Shown: piece by piece, positions 1 through 8,762 of the stretch
Position numbering within the stretch: position 1 is the stretch's first letter
Layout of the letters: every line of letters starts with the position of its first letter
Source: Defluviitaleaceae bacterium
Lineage (GTDB): Bacteria > Bacillota > Clostridia > Lachnospirales > WRAX01
Length of the DNA stretch: 53,649 nucleotides
Assembly: GCA_009781625.1 (NCBI GenBank)
Contig: WQVI01000001.1
Location: 1 to 53,649, forward strand
Direction: 5' to 3'
Position numbers and translations under genes: made by a program
The notes under the pieces: generated by a model
Told to the model about the DNA's origin: nothing
What the model saw: the letters and a program-made list of their open reading frames with translations, nothing else
Database searches by the model: none

Positions 1-295
1 GATGCACGAAAAAGGCAATTCCCTAAAAAGCCGCATTGCCGAGTTAGAAAGCCTTATGGAAACTCACGAACTATCCGATATTGAGTTTGACGTTATCCGT
101 CAAGTGCTATCCAATTTCAAATCCACTTTTGATGTGATGGATGTTGAGCAGAAGCGAGAAGCCATCCGCGCGTTCGTAAAACGCATCGTTTGGGATGGAC
201 AAAATGTTAATATGTATCTTTTTGGCTCGGATGACGAAAATGGCTTAGAAATGCCGCTTGAAGAGGATGAAAAAAGTCCATCGGGAGGGAATAGC
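1..295 (+). mobile_element. Right end of a sigK-intervening (skin-like) element; only the terminal ~295 bp lie in the window
   Basis: A serine-recombinase C-terminus runs up to nt 301. SigK homology begins abruptly at ~nt 288 in another frame, and no sigK N-terminal regions lie upstream. Confidence 0.55.
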
Positions 296-301
296 AAATG
301 A
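2..301 (+). CDS. Large serine recombinase, C-terminal fragment (SpoIVCA-like); 5' end is outside the window
   Basis: Coiled-coil then tail ...EQKREAIRAFVKRIVWDGQNVNMYLFG, typical of large serine recombinase C-termini. Its position next to a split sigK supports the call. Confidence 0.6.
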   Translation: MHEKGNSLKSRIAELESLMETHELSDIEFDVIRQVLSNFKSTFDVMDVEQKREAIRAFVKRIVWDGQNVNMYLFGSDDENGLEMPLEEDEKSPSGGNSK

Positions 302-689
302 GATACGGATGCATCTGCGTGCTACGAAAAAATATAATGGAGATGTGTCGATATCGGATTCTATAGGGTGTGATAGGGAAGGTAATAGTATTACCTTAGA
401 AGATAAGTTGGCTGATGATAGCGAGGATTTGCCGAATATTGTAGATTTGAAAATTCAGGTGAAGTTTCTTTACGATAGGCTGAGGGATTCTTTGAACGAG
501 AGAGAAAGGGAAATTGTGGAGATGCGATATGGCCTGAAGAACGGCAAGGAAGTTACGCAGAGAGAGATAGGTGAAATGCTTAACATCTCTCGAAGTTATG
601 TATCACGCATAGAGAAAAAGGCGTTGGAAAAGCTGTACGGAGAATTTAAAAAGAGCGAAGATGCGGTGAAATGCCCTCAGTATTGCTGA
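288..689 (+). CDS. sigK: RNA polymerase sporulation sigma factor SigK, 3' gene segment only (regions ~2.4-4, spoIIIC-like)
   Basis: [14 protein letters not shown]...[10 protein letters not shown]...[27 protein letters not shown] aligns with remembered B. subtilis SigK CIENEILMHLRALKK...[24 protein letters not shown]. The first ~10 codons of ORF 258..689 show no SigK similarity. Confidence 0.8.
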   Translation, partial: [133 protein letters not shown]

Positions 690-696
690 GGGCATT
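670..696 (+). terminator. Stem-loop overlapping the sigK stop codon
   Basis: aatgccctcag-tattg-ctgagggcatt, a perfect 11-bp stem. The downstream T-run is weak. Confidence 0.45.
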
Positions 697-727
697 AAGT
701 TTGTAGCAAAGCTTATAGGCATTAAAC

Positions 728-756
728 TTGACAAGCCACGCTTTTTGTTTTAGTAT
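728..756 (+). promoter_or_regulatory. Sigma-A type promoter upstream of hutU
   Basis: TTGACA, 17-nt spacer, TAGTAT. Confidence 0.45.
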
Positions 757-793
757 TATCTTATATAAATAATGAACAAAAAGTCAATAAGGA

Positions 794-2791
794 GTGGTGA
801 TTATTTTGAAGATATTAGACAACAAACTGCCAAATTACCCCAAATTTGCACAGGACATACGTCGCGCACCCAGCCGTGGTTTCCGCTTGACAGAGGCACA
901 GGCCCAAACAGCCCTTAAAAACGCCTTGCGCTATGTGCCAAAAGAGCTTCACGAAACCCTGGCACCTGAATTTATGCAAGAGCTTATCACCCATGGCCGC
1001 ATTTACGCCTACCGCTATCGCCCCGAAGGCCGCATTTACGGCAAGCCCATAGACCAATACCGAGGCAAATGCCTGGAAGGCAAGGCTTTTCAAGTGATGA
1101 TAGATAATAATTTAGATTTTGACATAGCCCTTTACCCCTACGAACTTATTACATACGGCGAAACAGGTGCCGTGTGCCAAAACTGGCTGCAATACAGGCT
1201 TATCATACAATATCTGCAAGAGCTTGACCATAACAACACCCTTGTTATAGCCAGCGGCCACCCCGTTGGCCTTTTCCCATCCCATCCCGCCGCACCCCGC
1301 GTAATAGTCACCAACGGCCTAATGATAGGCATGTATGATAATCTTGATGACTTTGAAATTGCCGCCCAAATGGGCGTTGCCAGCTACGGCCAAATGACGG
1401 CCGGCGGGTGGATGTATATCGGCCCCCAAGGCATTGTCCACGGCACTTACAACACCTTGCTTAATGTGGGCCGCAAGGTAATGGGCTTTGCTGTTGATGA
1501 CGACCTTCGCGGCAAGCTATTTGTCTCCAGCGGCCTGGGCGGCATGAGCGGCGCACAGCCCAAAGCCATAGAGCTTTGCGGCGGCGTCGGCATCATTGCC
1601 GAGGTAGACCCAAGCCGCATAGAAACCCGCCTATCCCAAGGCTGGGTGCGCGATGTGTGCCAAAGCCCCGCGGCGGCTTTCGAACTTGCCCAAAAATATC
1701 TGCTGGCCCGCCAGCCCTATTCCATAGCATATCAAGGCAATATTGTGGACCTTTTACAATATGCCGTCCTAACCAACACCCACATCGACATTTTGACAGA
1801 CCAAACAAGCTGCCACAACGTCTACGACGGTGGCTATTGCCCGCAAATTACTTTTGAAGAGCGCACAAAGATGCTGGCCGAAAACCGCGAAGAATTTGTA
1901 AAGCTGGTTGACAAAACCTTGCGCCGCCACTATCAATGCATTCAGGCCCTAGCCGAGCGCGGCACCTATTTCTTCGATTACGGCAACTCCTTCCTAAAGG
2001 CCGTCTACGACACAGGCATAAAGGACATCAGCAAAAACGGCATAGACGAAAAAGATGGCTTTATCTTCCCATCATATGTGGAGCACATCCTGGGCCCGGA
2101 GCTTTTCGACTATGGCTACGGCCCCTTCCGCTGGGTGTGTCTTTCCGGCAACCCCGCCGACCTTGAAAAAACCGACGCCATGGCCGCCGCCTGTATAGAC
2201 CGCACCCGCCGCCCCGCCGACAACGACAATTACGTCTGGATAACCACAGCCGCCGAAAATAAGATGGTTGTGGGTACACTGGCACGCATTTTGTATCAAG
2301 ATGCCGAAGGCCGCACCAAAATTGCCCTAAAATTTAACGAAATGGTGCGTAACGGCGAGGTTGGCCCCATTATGTTAGGCCGCGACCATCACGATGTCTC
2401 CGGCACAGATTCGCCTTTCCGCGAAACCAGCAATATCAAGGACGGCAGCAATGTAATGGCCGATATGGCCACCCAATGCTTTGCCGGTAACGCCGCCCGG
2501 GGTATGTCCCTAATAGCCCTGCACAACGGCGGCGGCGTGGGCATAGGCAAATCTATCAATGGCGGCTTTGGCCTTGTCCTTGACGGTAGCGAGCGCGTGG
2601 ACAATATCATCAAATCCGCCATGATGTGGGATGTAATGGGCGGCATAGCCCGCCGCAACTGGGCCGGTAATGAGAACGCCATGGCTACCGCGGCAGAATA
2701 TAACGAAAAGCATGACGGCCATATAACCCTGCCCAATGTTGCTGATGATGTCCTTATTGAAACTGTCGTTCAAAGTGCCTTGCAGGCCTAG
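794..2791 (+). CDS. hutU: Urocanate hydratase
   Basis: 665 aa with urocanase-like length and motifs (GHPVGLFPSH..., GGMSGAQPKA, LHNGGGVGIG). The start may be TTG at 806, given GGAG at 791-794. Confidence 0.9.
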   Translation: MVIILKILDNKLPNYPKFAQDIRRAPSRGFRLTEAQAQTALKNALRYVPKELHETLAPEFMQELITHGRIYAYRYRPEGRIYGKPIDQYRGKCLEGKAFQVMIDNNLDFDIALYPYELITYGETGAVCQNWLQYRLIIQYLQELDHNNTLVIASGHPVGLFPSHPAAPRVIVTNGLMIGMYDNLDDFEIAAQMGVASYGQMTAGGWMYIGPQGIVHGTYNTLLNVGRKVMGFAVDDDLRGKLFVSSGLGGMSGAQPKAIELCGGVGIIAEVDPSRIETRLSQGWVRDVCQSPAAAFELAQKYLLARQPYSIAYQGNIVDLLQYAVLTNTHIDILTDQTSCHNVYDGGYCPQITFEERTKMLAENREEFVKLVDKTLRRHYQCIQALAERGTYFFDYGNSFLKAVYDTGIKDISKNGIDEKDGFIFPSYVEHILGPELFDYGYGPFRWVCLSGNPADLEKTDAMAAACIDRTRRPADNDNYVWITTAAENKMVVGTLARILYQDAEGRTKIALKFNEMVRNGEVGPIMLGRDHHDVSGTDSPFRETSNIKDGSNVMADMATQCFAGNAARGMSLIALHNGGGVGIGKSINGGFGLVLDGSERVDNIIKSAMMWDVMGGIARRNWAGNENAMATAAEYNEKHDGHITLPNVADDVLIETVVQSALQA

Positions 2792-2801
2792 AAAAGCAGA
2801 G

Positions 2802-3302
2802 ATGAGGTGTCCAATTGTGAACCAAAGCTTATTTTGGGCTACATTAGCTATTACATTTCTAGTAGTTGCTATTATAGTTGCAGCACTTCTTAATATCTTC
2901 TTTTCACCCCTTGGTTTTGATGTCGTGAGCACATTACTCTTTGCTCTTGCAGCAGGTTGGTGCCTAGCTAAATTTTGGGCAGCTACAGAAAATGAATTTA
3001 AAAGCGACAAATATTTTGAAGAGAAAATGAATAAAATGTCCAAGTCTCTTCGAGATTCTGCAAAGGATTTGAGCGAGATTCAAGCACATTTGGAAGAGCG
3101 CAAAGCAATCGCGGATAATTTGAAAGAGGAAGTGGAAGATGCAGAAGCTCTCTTAAAGATGAGCAAGCAACAGATAGACGCCATTGCCAGAAAAGTCGGA
3201 AGGCAACTGCGAAAACCTACCGGAAAAGATGTTATGTTTGTAGTGATAGGTGCGGTGTTGGGCGGTCTTATAACGATATTTGTTGCTAGTTTCATACAAT
3301 AG
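2802..3302 (+). CDS. Hypothetical membrane protein with a coiled-coil segment
   Basis: Hydrophobic helices at both ends flank a charged coiled-coil (KEEVEDAEALLKMSKQQIDAIARK). Start is taken at the first ATG after the hutU stop. Confidence 0.5.
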   Translation: MRCPIVNQSLFWATLAITFLVVAIIVAALLNIFFSPLGFDVVSTLLFALAAGWCLAKFWAATENEFKSDKYFEEKMNKMSKSLRDSAKDLSEIQAHLEERKAIADNLKEEVEDAEALLKMSKQQIDAIARKVGRQLRKPTGKDVMFVVIGAVLGGLITIFVASFIQ

Positions 3303-3350
3303 CAAGGACAACATGTGCTTGAATCAAGAGCCGACTATCTTCCATGCCTA

Positions 3351-3454
3351 TGGATTGCTTCGGCCATAGGCTGCGCTGGCTTTTAACTTGCCATTGGCCT
3401 CGCAATGGCGGTTGAATTGTCATTTTATAATGCAGTTCAAGGCCGAAACAATAC
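3351..3454 (-). repeat. Solo, shortened copy of the hairpin repeat family that forms the array at 36887-37617 (opposite orientation)
   Basis: tggattgcttcggcc...ccattggcctcgcaatgg..ggttgaatt...aggccgaaacaatac matches the reverse complement of an array unit. The ends are self-complementary. Confidence 0.6.
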
Positions 3455-3547
3455 ATAATTCGCGTATACAACGGAACATTATCCCTCAAAATAACGTCAT
3501 ATAAACGTTGCACAAAATAATCCCTAAAACCAAAAGGAGATGTTAAG

Positions 3548-4261
3548 ATGAAAAAATCAAGATTTCTAACGGTCATGTTCGCCATCCTGCTTGCGGGCGT
3601 TATCTTTGCACAGCCGTTGCAAGCCAGCGAGCCGCCCACTCTCACCGTTAGCGGCACGGGGGCCGTCTCAATTGCCCCTGACATTGCCACCGTAAACCTA
3701 GGTGTTAGCACCCAGCACGAAAACCCACAGCGCGCCCTTGCGGAAAATAGCACGCAAACTACCGCTGTTATCGCGGCTGTTCGTGCCCTTGGCATTGATG
3801 AAGACGATATTCGCACCTCAAACTTCTTCATCGACCCCGTCTTTGGCTTCGATTGGGTTGAGATAACCTCATACCGCGTTACAAACACCATCACAGTAAC
3901 CCTTCGCGATATTGACCAAATTGGCGATGTCCTAGGCGCAGGGGTTGCCGCCGGTGCCAATGTATCCCACGGTATTTCCTTTGGCGTTTCAGATTCTTCT
4001 GCCGCCTACAACCAGGCCCTTGCCCTTGCCATCGAAAACGCCCAAAGCCGTGCTAACGCAATGGCCGCAGCCCTTGGCACCCGCATTACTGGCATATCGG
4101 CCGTAGTGGAAATGGGCGGTATGCATATGCCCATGTCCCGTGCGCATTTTGGTATGCCCATGGCTATAGCCGAAATGGACGTAGCAGCAGGCGTACCAAT
4201 TGAAGCCGGCGACCTTATAGTCACCGCTAATGTACAAATTATTTTCACAATAGCTCCGTGA
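3548..4261 (+). CDS. SIMPL (DUF541) domain secreted protein
   Basis: Signal peptide MKKSRFLTVMFAILLAGVIFA, then TVSGTGAVSIAPDIATVNLGV, typical of the SIMPL/26-kDa periplasmic protein family. SD is aaaggag. Confidence 0.75.
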   Translation: MKKSRFLTVMFAILLAGVIFAQPLQASEPPTLTVSGTGAVSIAPDIATVNLGVSTQHENPQRALAENSTQTTAVIAAVRALGIDEDDIRTSNFFIDPVFGFDWVEITSYRVTNTITVTLRDIDQIGDVLGAGVAAGANVSHGISFGVSDSSAAYNQALALAIENAQSRANAMAAALGTRITGISAVVEMGGMHMPMSRAHFGMPMAIAEMDVAAGVPIEAGDLIVTANVQIIFTIAP

Positions 4262-4274
4262 CAATATCATTCAT

Positions 4275-4300
4275 AGGGGCGGGCGCTCTCGCTCGCCCTT
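4275..4300 (+). terminator. GC-rich hairpin (REP-like) after the SIMPL gene
   Basis: aggggcgggcg-ctct-cgctcgcccttt followed by aatatt. Confidence 0.4.
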
Positions 4301-4321
4301 TAATATTCAAAGGAGAAAATC

Positions 4322-5218
4322 ATGACAAAAATCATCGAATGCATCCCAAATTTCAGCGAAGGCATTAACACCGAGATAATTGAGGGACTGGCGGACATTG
4401 TGCGCAACACGCCGGGCGCCACCCTGCTGGACTATTCCGCCGACGCCAGCCACAATCGCAGCGTCTTTACCTTCGTAGGCTCTGTAGAGGCTGCCTCGGC
4501 CTGCGCCGTGACCCTGGCTAAATACGCCGCCGAAAAAATCGACCTTACAAAGCACGTAGGCGAGCACCCCCGTATGGGTGCCGTGGACGTTATCCCCTTC
4601 GTGCCAGTAAAAAACATGACAATGGACGAGGCTGTTGAAGTTGCAAAGGCCGTTGGTGAAAAAATTGCCGCAGAGGCTGGTATTCCTGTCTTTTTGTACG
4701 AGGATGCCGCCACGAAAGAAACCCGCCGCAACCTGGCCGCCGTGCGCAAAGGCCAATTTGAAGGCATGGCCGAAAAAATGACCAAAGATGCCTGGAAGCC
4801 GGACTTCGGCCCAGCCCAGCCACATCCCACCGCCGGCGTTGTGGCCGTTGGCGCGCGTATGCCGCTGATAGCCTTTAATGTCAATCTTTCCACCGATGAT
4901 GTTAACATCGCCAACAACATCGCAAAAATCGTCCGAGGCAGCTCCGGCGGCTTTAAGCATGTTAAAGGCATTGGCATCATGCTGGAAGACCGCAACATCG
5001 CCCAAGTGTCCATGAATCTCGTAAACTACGAAGGTACCCCTATTTACCGCGTGGTAGAGCTTATCCGCGTTGAGGCCGCCCGCTACGGCGTACACATCAC
5101 AGGCACAGAGCTTATAGGCTTGGCCCCTGCAAAAGCCCTGATAGATTCTGCTGAATACTATCTGCAAATAGAGAATTTCGATTATAACAAGCAAGTGCTT
5201 GAAAATCATCTACTATGA
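4322..5218 (+). CDS. ftcD: Glutamate formimidoyltransferase
   Basis: N-terminus MTKIIECIPNFSEG...DASHNRSVFTFVG is the hallmark of the formiminotransferase domain. SD is aaaggag. Confidence 0.9.
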   Translation: MTKIIECIPNFSEGINTEIIEGLADIVRNTPGATLLDYSADASHNRSVFTFVGSVEAASACAVTLAKYAAEKIDLTKHVGEHPRMGAVDVIPFVPVKNMTMDEAVEVAKAVGEKIAAEAGIPVFLYEDAATKETRRNLAAVRKGQFEGMAEKMTKDAWKPDFGPAQPHPTAGVVAVGARMPLIAFNVNLSTDDVNIANNIAKIVRGSSGGFKHVKGIGIMLEDRNIAQVSMNLVNYEGTPIYRVVELIRVEAARYGVHITGTELIGLAPAKALIDSAEYYLQIENFDYNKQVLENHLL

Positions 5219-5511
5219 AGATATTTTTCGCGATATTGGGCGGCATAATCGTCATACTAGGCGTAATGGTTTGTATCAACATGTTGATAGACCGCCAGTT
5301 TGTCCTCTTCGACTTTTGGGTAATCTTCGTTACCTTCTTCATAACCCTGCTAATTTCTGCCATCCCTTTTGGCATAGCGGCGGCGTTTGCAAGGCTGGAT
5401 AAACTGGAATACGCCAAAAGAGAGGACTATAGACTGCTGGAGCGCAAGGTCATCGCCCTGGAAAGGGCGGCTAAAGATAAAGAGCAGGAGACTAAAACCC
5501 ATGGAGACTAA
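5215..5511 (+). CDS. Small membrane protein, unknown function
   Basis: ATGA overlap with the ftcD stop. Three hydrophobic helices and a charged tail. Confidence 0.45.
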   Translation: MKIFFAILGGIIVILGVMVCINMLIDRQFVLFDFWVIFVTFFITLLISAIPFGIAAAFARLDKLEYAKREDYRLLERKVIALERAAKDKEQETKTHGD

Positions 5512-5803
5512 ATTAGCAAGAATGGCTTTATTTAGAATCCTTTTGCTTATCGCAGGCCTCATCTGCCTGGCCCTTTCCATGTATTACCTATACCAACTAA
5601 CCTTCCTGGGGCTTTGGCATGACACAAATATACGCATTCCACGGCTTATCCAATTCTTTGGCGGTGTGACTTTCATAGTCCTTGGCCGCATTTTGAAAAA
5701 TCAAGAGGACATCATCCGTTTGTTGTACGAAAGGAGAAATGATAGCGAAAATGCTGGATTTACTGATAAAGAACGCCCATCTGGCGACGCCCAAGGGCAA
5801 TAG
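5501..5803 (+). CDS. Small membrane protein, unknown function (uncertain)
   Basis: METKLARMALFRILLLIAGLICLAL... has two or three hydrophobic helices. The tail overlaps the hutI start by ~50 nt, which lowers confidence. Confidence 0.3.
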   Translation: METKLARMALFRILLLIAGLICLALSMYYLYQLTFLGLWHDTNIRIPRLIQFFGGVTFIVLGRILKNQEDIIRLLYERRNDSENAGFTDKERPSGDAQGQ

Positions 5804-6968
5804 CCCCAAAAGAGGCGCGATGATTGGACAGATATCCATAGAAAAAGACATAAACATCGGCATTGCTGACGGCAAAATTGCCTACATAGGCCATGACGCA
5901 CCCGAGGCCGCAAAGGTGCATGACGCCGAGGGCCATCTTGTAACCCCCGGCCTTGTGGACAGCCACACCCACCTAGTTTTCGGCGGCTTTCGTCAGCACG
6001 AGCTTGCGCTAAAGCTTGATGGTGCGGACTATCTGGAGATTTTGGCCGCAGGCGGCGGCATATTGTCCACCGTAAATGCCACGCGCGCAGCAGATTTTGA
6101 CGAGCTTTACGCCAAAGCGGGCGCATTTCTGGATGACATGCTGGCCCATGGCACGACAACCGTCGAGGCAAAGTCAGGCTATGGTCTTGAAACCGAAACC
6201 GAGCTTAAACAACTGAAAGTTGTGGCAAAGCTGCAACAAGAACATCCGATGGATGTTGTGTCCACTTTTATGGGCGCTCACGCCATCCCTCAAAAATACA
6301 AGCAAAACCCCGACGACTATGTAAATTTGGTGGTTGATGAAATGATACCGGCAGTCGCGCAGCAAAATTTGGCTGAATATTGCGACATCTTTTGCGAAAA
6401 AGGCGTGTTTGATATTGCGCAAAGCAGAAAGATACTCAAGGCTGCTAAAAGCGCGGGTCTTGGCATAAAAATCCATGCCAATGAAATTAATAATCTTGGC
6501 GGAGCCATGCTTGCCGCAGAAGTTGGTGCCACGTCCGCCGAGCATATGATAGCCTCTGACCAATCGGACATTGAGGCCCTAGTAAAATTTGGTATCATAG
6601 CCATCCTTTTGCCCACAACCAGTTTCTACCTCGGCAAGCCCTTTGCCCCAGCCCGTCAAATGCTTGACAGAGGCGCTATGATAGCCATCGCCAGCGACTT
6701 TAACCCCGGCAGCAGCCCCAATTTCAATTTACAGCTTTCCATGACCCTGGCCTGCCTAAAATATGGCCTAAAGCCCGCCGAAGTGCTAACGGCTGTGACG
6801 CTTAACGCCGCCTGGGCCATAGGCCGCGGTGCCACGAAGGGCACCATTGAAGAAGGCAAAGATGCCGACATAGTTATCTGGAATTGCCCTGATTTGGACT
6901 ATTTGTTCTACAGATTTGGCAATAATCAAGCAAAAACCGTGATAAAGAATGGAGAGATAATCATCTGA
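5739..6968 (+). CDS. hutI: Imidazolonepropionase
   Basis: LDLLIKNAHL...GLVDSHTHLVFGG, an amidohydrolase fold typical of HutI. The start is ATG 5739 or, more likely from family N-termini, ATG 5751. Confidence 0.9.
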   Translation: MIAKMLDLLIKNAHLATPKGNSPKRGAMIGQISIEKDINIGIADGKIAYIGHDAPEAAKVHDAEGHLVTPGLVDSHTHLVFGGFRQHELALKLDGADYLEILAAGGGILSTVNATRAADFDELYAKAGAFLDDMLAHGTTTVEAKSGYGLETETELKQLKVVAKLQQEHPMDVVSTFMGAHAIPQKYKQNPDDYVNLVVDEMIPAVAQQNLAEYCDIFCEKGVFDIAQSRKILKAAKSAGLGIKIHANEINNLGGAMLAAEVGATSAEHMIASDQSDIEALVKFGIIAILLPTTSFYLGKPFAPARQMLDRGAMIAIASDFNPGSSPNFNLQLSMTLACLKYGLKPAEVLTAVTLNAAWAIGRGATKGTIEEGKDADIVIWNCPDLDYLFYRFGNNQAKTVIKNGEIII

Positions 6969-7597
6969 TGAAACTAACCGAAATGAAACTTGCAGAATTT
7001 TGTAACGCCGTGGCTTCAAAAGAGCCGGCCCCGGGCGGCGGCTCTGTAGCCGCAATGTCGGCATCCATGGGCATTAGTCTTGTAGGCATGGTTGCAAACC
7101 TAACTATAGGCCGCAAAAAATACGCAGAGCATGAAGGCCTTATGCAGGAAATCCTGGCAGAAGCGGAAGCCCTGCGCCAAAAGCTTGTTTGCGCTATAGA
7201 TCGCGACACCGAAGCTTACAACGCTGTTTCCGCCGTATTTTCCATGCCAAAAGAAACCGACGAGGAAAAAGCAGCCCGCACAGCCGCCATGCAAACCGCG
7301 CTAAAAGCCGCAACCGAGGTGCCTCACGAGGTTATGCAGCTATGCCACGCTTCGCTAACATTGGCCCAACGCGCCGTGGGCACCAGCAACACCAATGCCG
7401 CATCAGACCTTGGCGTTGCCGCCCACAACCTGCTTGCGGGCACCCACAGCGCATGGATGAATGTGCTAATTAACCTCTCGGGCATAAAAGACGAGGCCTT
7501 TGTGGCAACAAAAAGAAGTGGCGGCGAAGAAATTATCGCCACCGCAGAAAAAGCTGCAAAATCAATAATTGCCCATGTTATGACAGAAATCAGCTAA
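6968..7597 (+). CDS. Formiminotetrahydrofolate cyclodeaminase (cyclodeaminase/cyclohydrolase family)
   Basis: LAEFCNAVASKEPAPGGGSVAAMSASMG motif. The start overlaps the hutI stop. Confidence 0.85.
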   Translation: MKLTEMKLAEFCNAVASKEPAPGGGSVAAMSASMGISLVGMVANLTIGRKKYAEHEGLMQEILAEAEALRQKLVCAIDRDTEAYNAVSAVFSMPKETDEEKAARTAAMQTALKAATEVPHEVMQLCHASLTLAQRAVGTSNTNAASDLGVAAHNLLAGTHSAWMNVLINLSGIKDEAFVATKRSGGEEIIATAEKAAKSIIAHVMTEIS

Positions 7598-7601
7598 TTG
7601 A

Positions 7602-7626
7602 AAAAGCCGCCTAAATGGCGGCTTTT
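7602..7626. terminator. Bidirectional intrinsic terminator between the hut cluster and the convergent CPBP gene
   Basis: aaaagccgcc-taaa-tggcggctttt, with A-run and T-run on either side. Confidence 0.8.
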
Positions 7627-7648
7627 GCTATGCTCATAGTATTTCAAT

Positions 7649-8311
7649 TTAAAAGAAAAATCCTGTAACAACTGGTATAAGTAAATTATGTAAGGCATGG
7701 GCAACAATCAGCGTTAGCAGGGTGCAGTGCTTAAACCTGTCCCTGCAAAGGCACCAATAGATGCCTATTATAGTTGTGACTACGATTTGAAGTGGGTTCC
7801 AATTAAGGATGTGGAACAACCCAAAAAGCACGGAAGATATAAGGATGGCAAACCACTTTGAATTGTTGATATCTTGAAGCTTTTTGAAAATATGTCCGCG
7901 GAAAATAATTTCTTCAACCAAGGCAACGCTTAGAAGAATCCGAACAAATTCCAAAACAACGGTTAGGGGGTTCATTTCTTGATGAAAGCCCATCTGGAAG
8001 CCAAATAGGCCAGGCAAAGCTATGAAAATAAACAACGAAACCGCCGCAACAGGCACACCAAGCAAAATTTGCATGGGGATATTTTCTTTGGAAAAGCCGA
8101 TGTCTCCAAGGCCCTCTTTGTCGCGGCGCATAAAGAAAATTGTGGCCGCAAGCATCGGCCACCACGCCGCAGTCATCAAAATTAGCTGCATAGCAAGGGG
8201 GAAGCCTCGCGCTATCCCATTAACCCAGCCCACAAGCAAAAGCGCAACAAGGGTAAAGACAAAAACTATGGCAACTGTAAGGATATCTCTTCTTTTATTA
8301 GATTTTGTCAC
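7649..8311 (-). CDS. CPBP family intramembrane glutamic endopeptidase (CAAX protease-like)
   Basis: Multi-pass membrane protein with EEIIFRG, FGLFH and HALHN motifs. Confidence 0.8.
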   Translation of the reverse strand: MTKSNKRRDILTVAIVFVFTLVALLLVGWVNGIARGFPLAMQLILMTAAWWPMLAATIFFMRRDKEGLGDIGFSKENIPMQILLGVPVAAVSLFIFIALPGLFGFQMGFHQEMNPLTVVLEFVRILLSVALVEEIIFRGHIFKKLQDINNSKWFAILISSVLFGLFHILNWNPLQIVVTTIIGIYWCLCRDRFKHCTLLTLIVAHALHNLLIPVVTGFFF

Positions 8312-8749
8312 TTATTTGTCCCCCTGCCTGGATAAAATCTCCATCCGCTCTTCATGGCTGACAATTTTGTCTATCTGATGCAACATCCACCCATATCCAA
8401 ACCCATCGGCAAACATGGCGTTTTTCACACCAAAATCCGGCATGTCATTTATGCCAAAAATCTCTTTGCAGCCGGCAGCGATGGCCGCATCAAAAGTCTT
8501 TTTGATATCAGGCACTGCAATGTTTAACCACATAGACTGAGGCTGTCCTTCCTGGGGCGCAAAAAGATGAAAATTAGGGTTTTCATTAAGCAAATGAAAA
8601 CGTGTGCCATATATTGTAAACACTGCCTCGCTGCCCTGGGGCCCGGCATCCGTCACTTCCACGCGCACCACGTCAAAAATCTTTTCATAAAGCTCTAATG
8701 CCTTGATAGAATCCTTCACAACCATATCAATTTCTACGCCTGTAATCAT
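8312..8749 (-). CDS. VOC/glyoxalase family protein (PhnB-like)
   Basis: ~145 aa with a VOC-like pattern. ATG at 8749 is preceded by gggggaaag. Confidence 0.6.
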   Translation of the reverse strand: MITGVEIDMVVKDSIKALELYEKIFDVVRVEVTDAGPQGSEAVFTIYGTRFHLLNENPNFHLFAPQEGQPQSMWLNIAVPDIKKTFDAAIAAGCKEIFGINDMPDFGVKNAMFADGFGYGWMLHQIDKIVSHEERMEILSRQGDK

Positions 8750-8762
8750 CACTTTCCCCCTG

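Noticed and set aside
258-287. ATG at 258 as the start of an independent short sigma-factor gene.
   Set aside because: The first ~10 codons (MKRMKKVHRE) overlap the recombinase ORF and have no SigK similarity. A sigma factor lacking regions 1.2-2.3 would be non-functional, so a split gene is the better explanation.
3292-3960. 222-aa minus-strand ORF spanning the intergenic repeat and the SIMPL gene start.
   Set aside because: It overlaps the well-supported SIMPL CDS on the opposite strand and runs through the hairpin repeat. It has no SD and no family resemblance.
4307-5209. 300-aa minus-strand ORF mirroring the formimidoyltransferase gene.
   Set aside because: It is antisense to a confidently identified gene and has a low-complexity G/A/H-rich composition, typical of a shadow ORF. 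The same applies to 2510..3043(-), 21601..22278(-), 28125..28784(-), 32869..33693(+), 34340..34948(+), 37759..38730(-), 43498..44079(-), 16175..16852(+) and 51333..51902(+).
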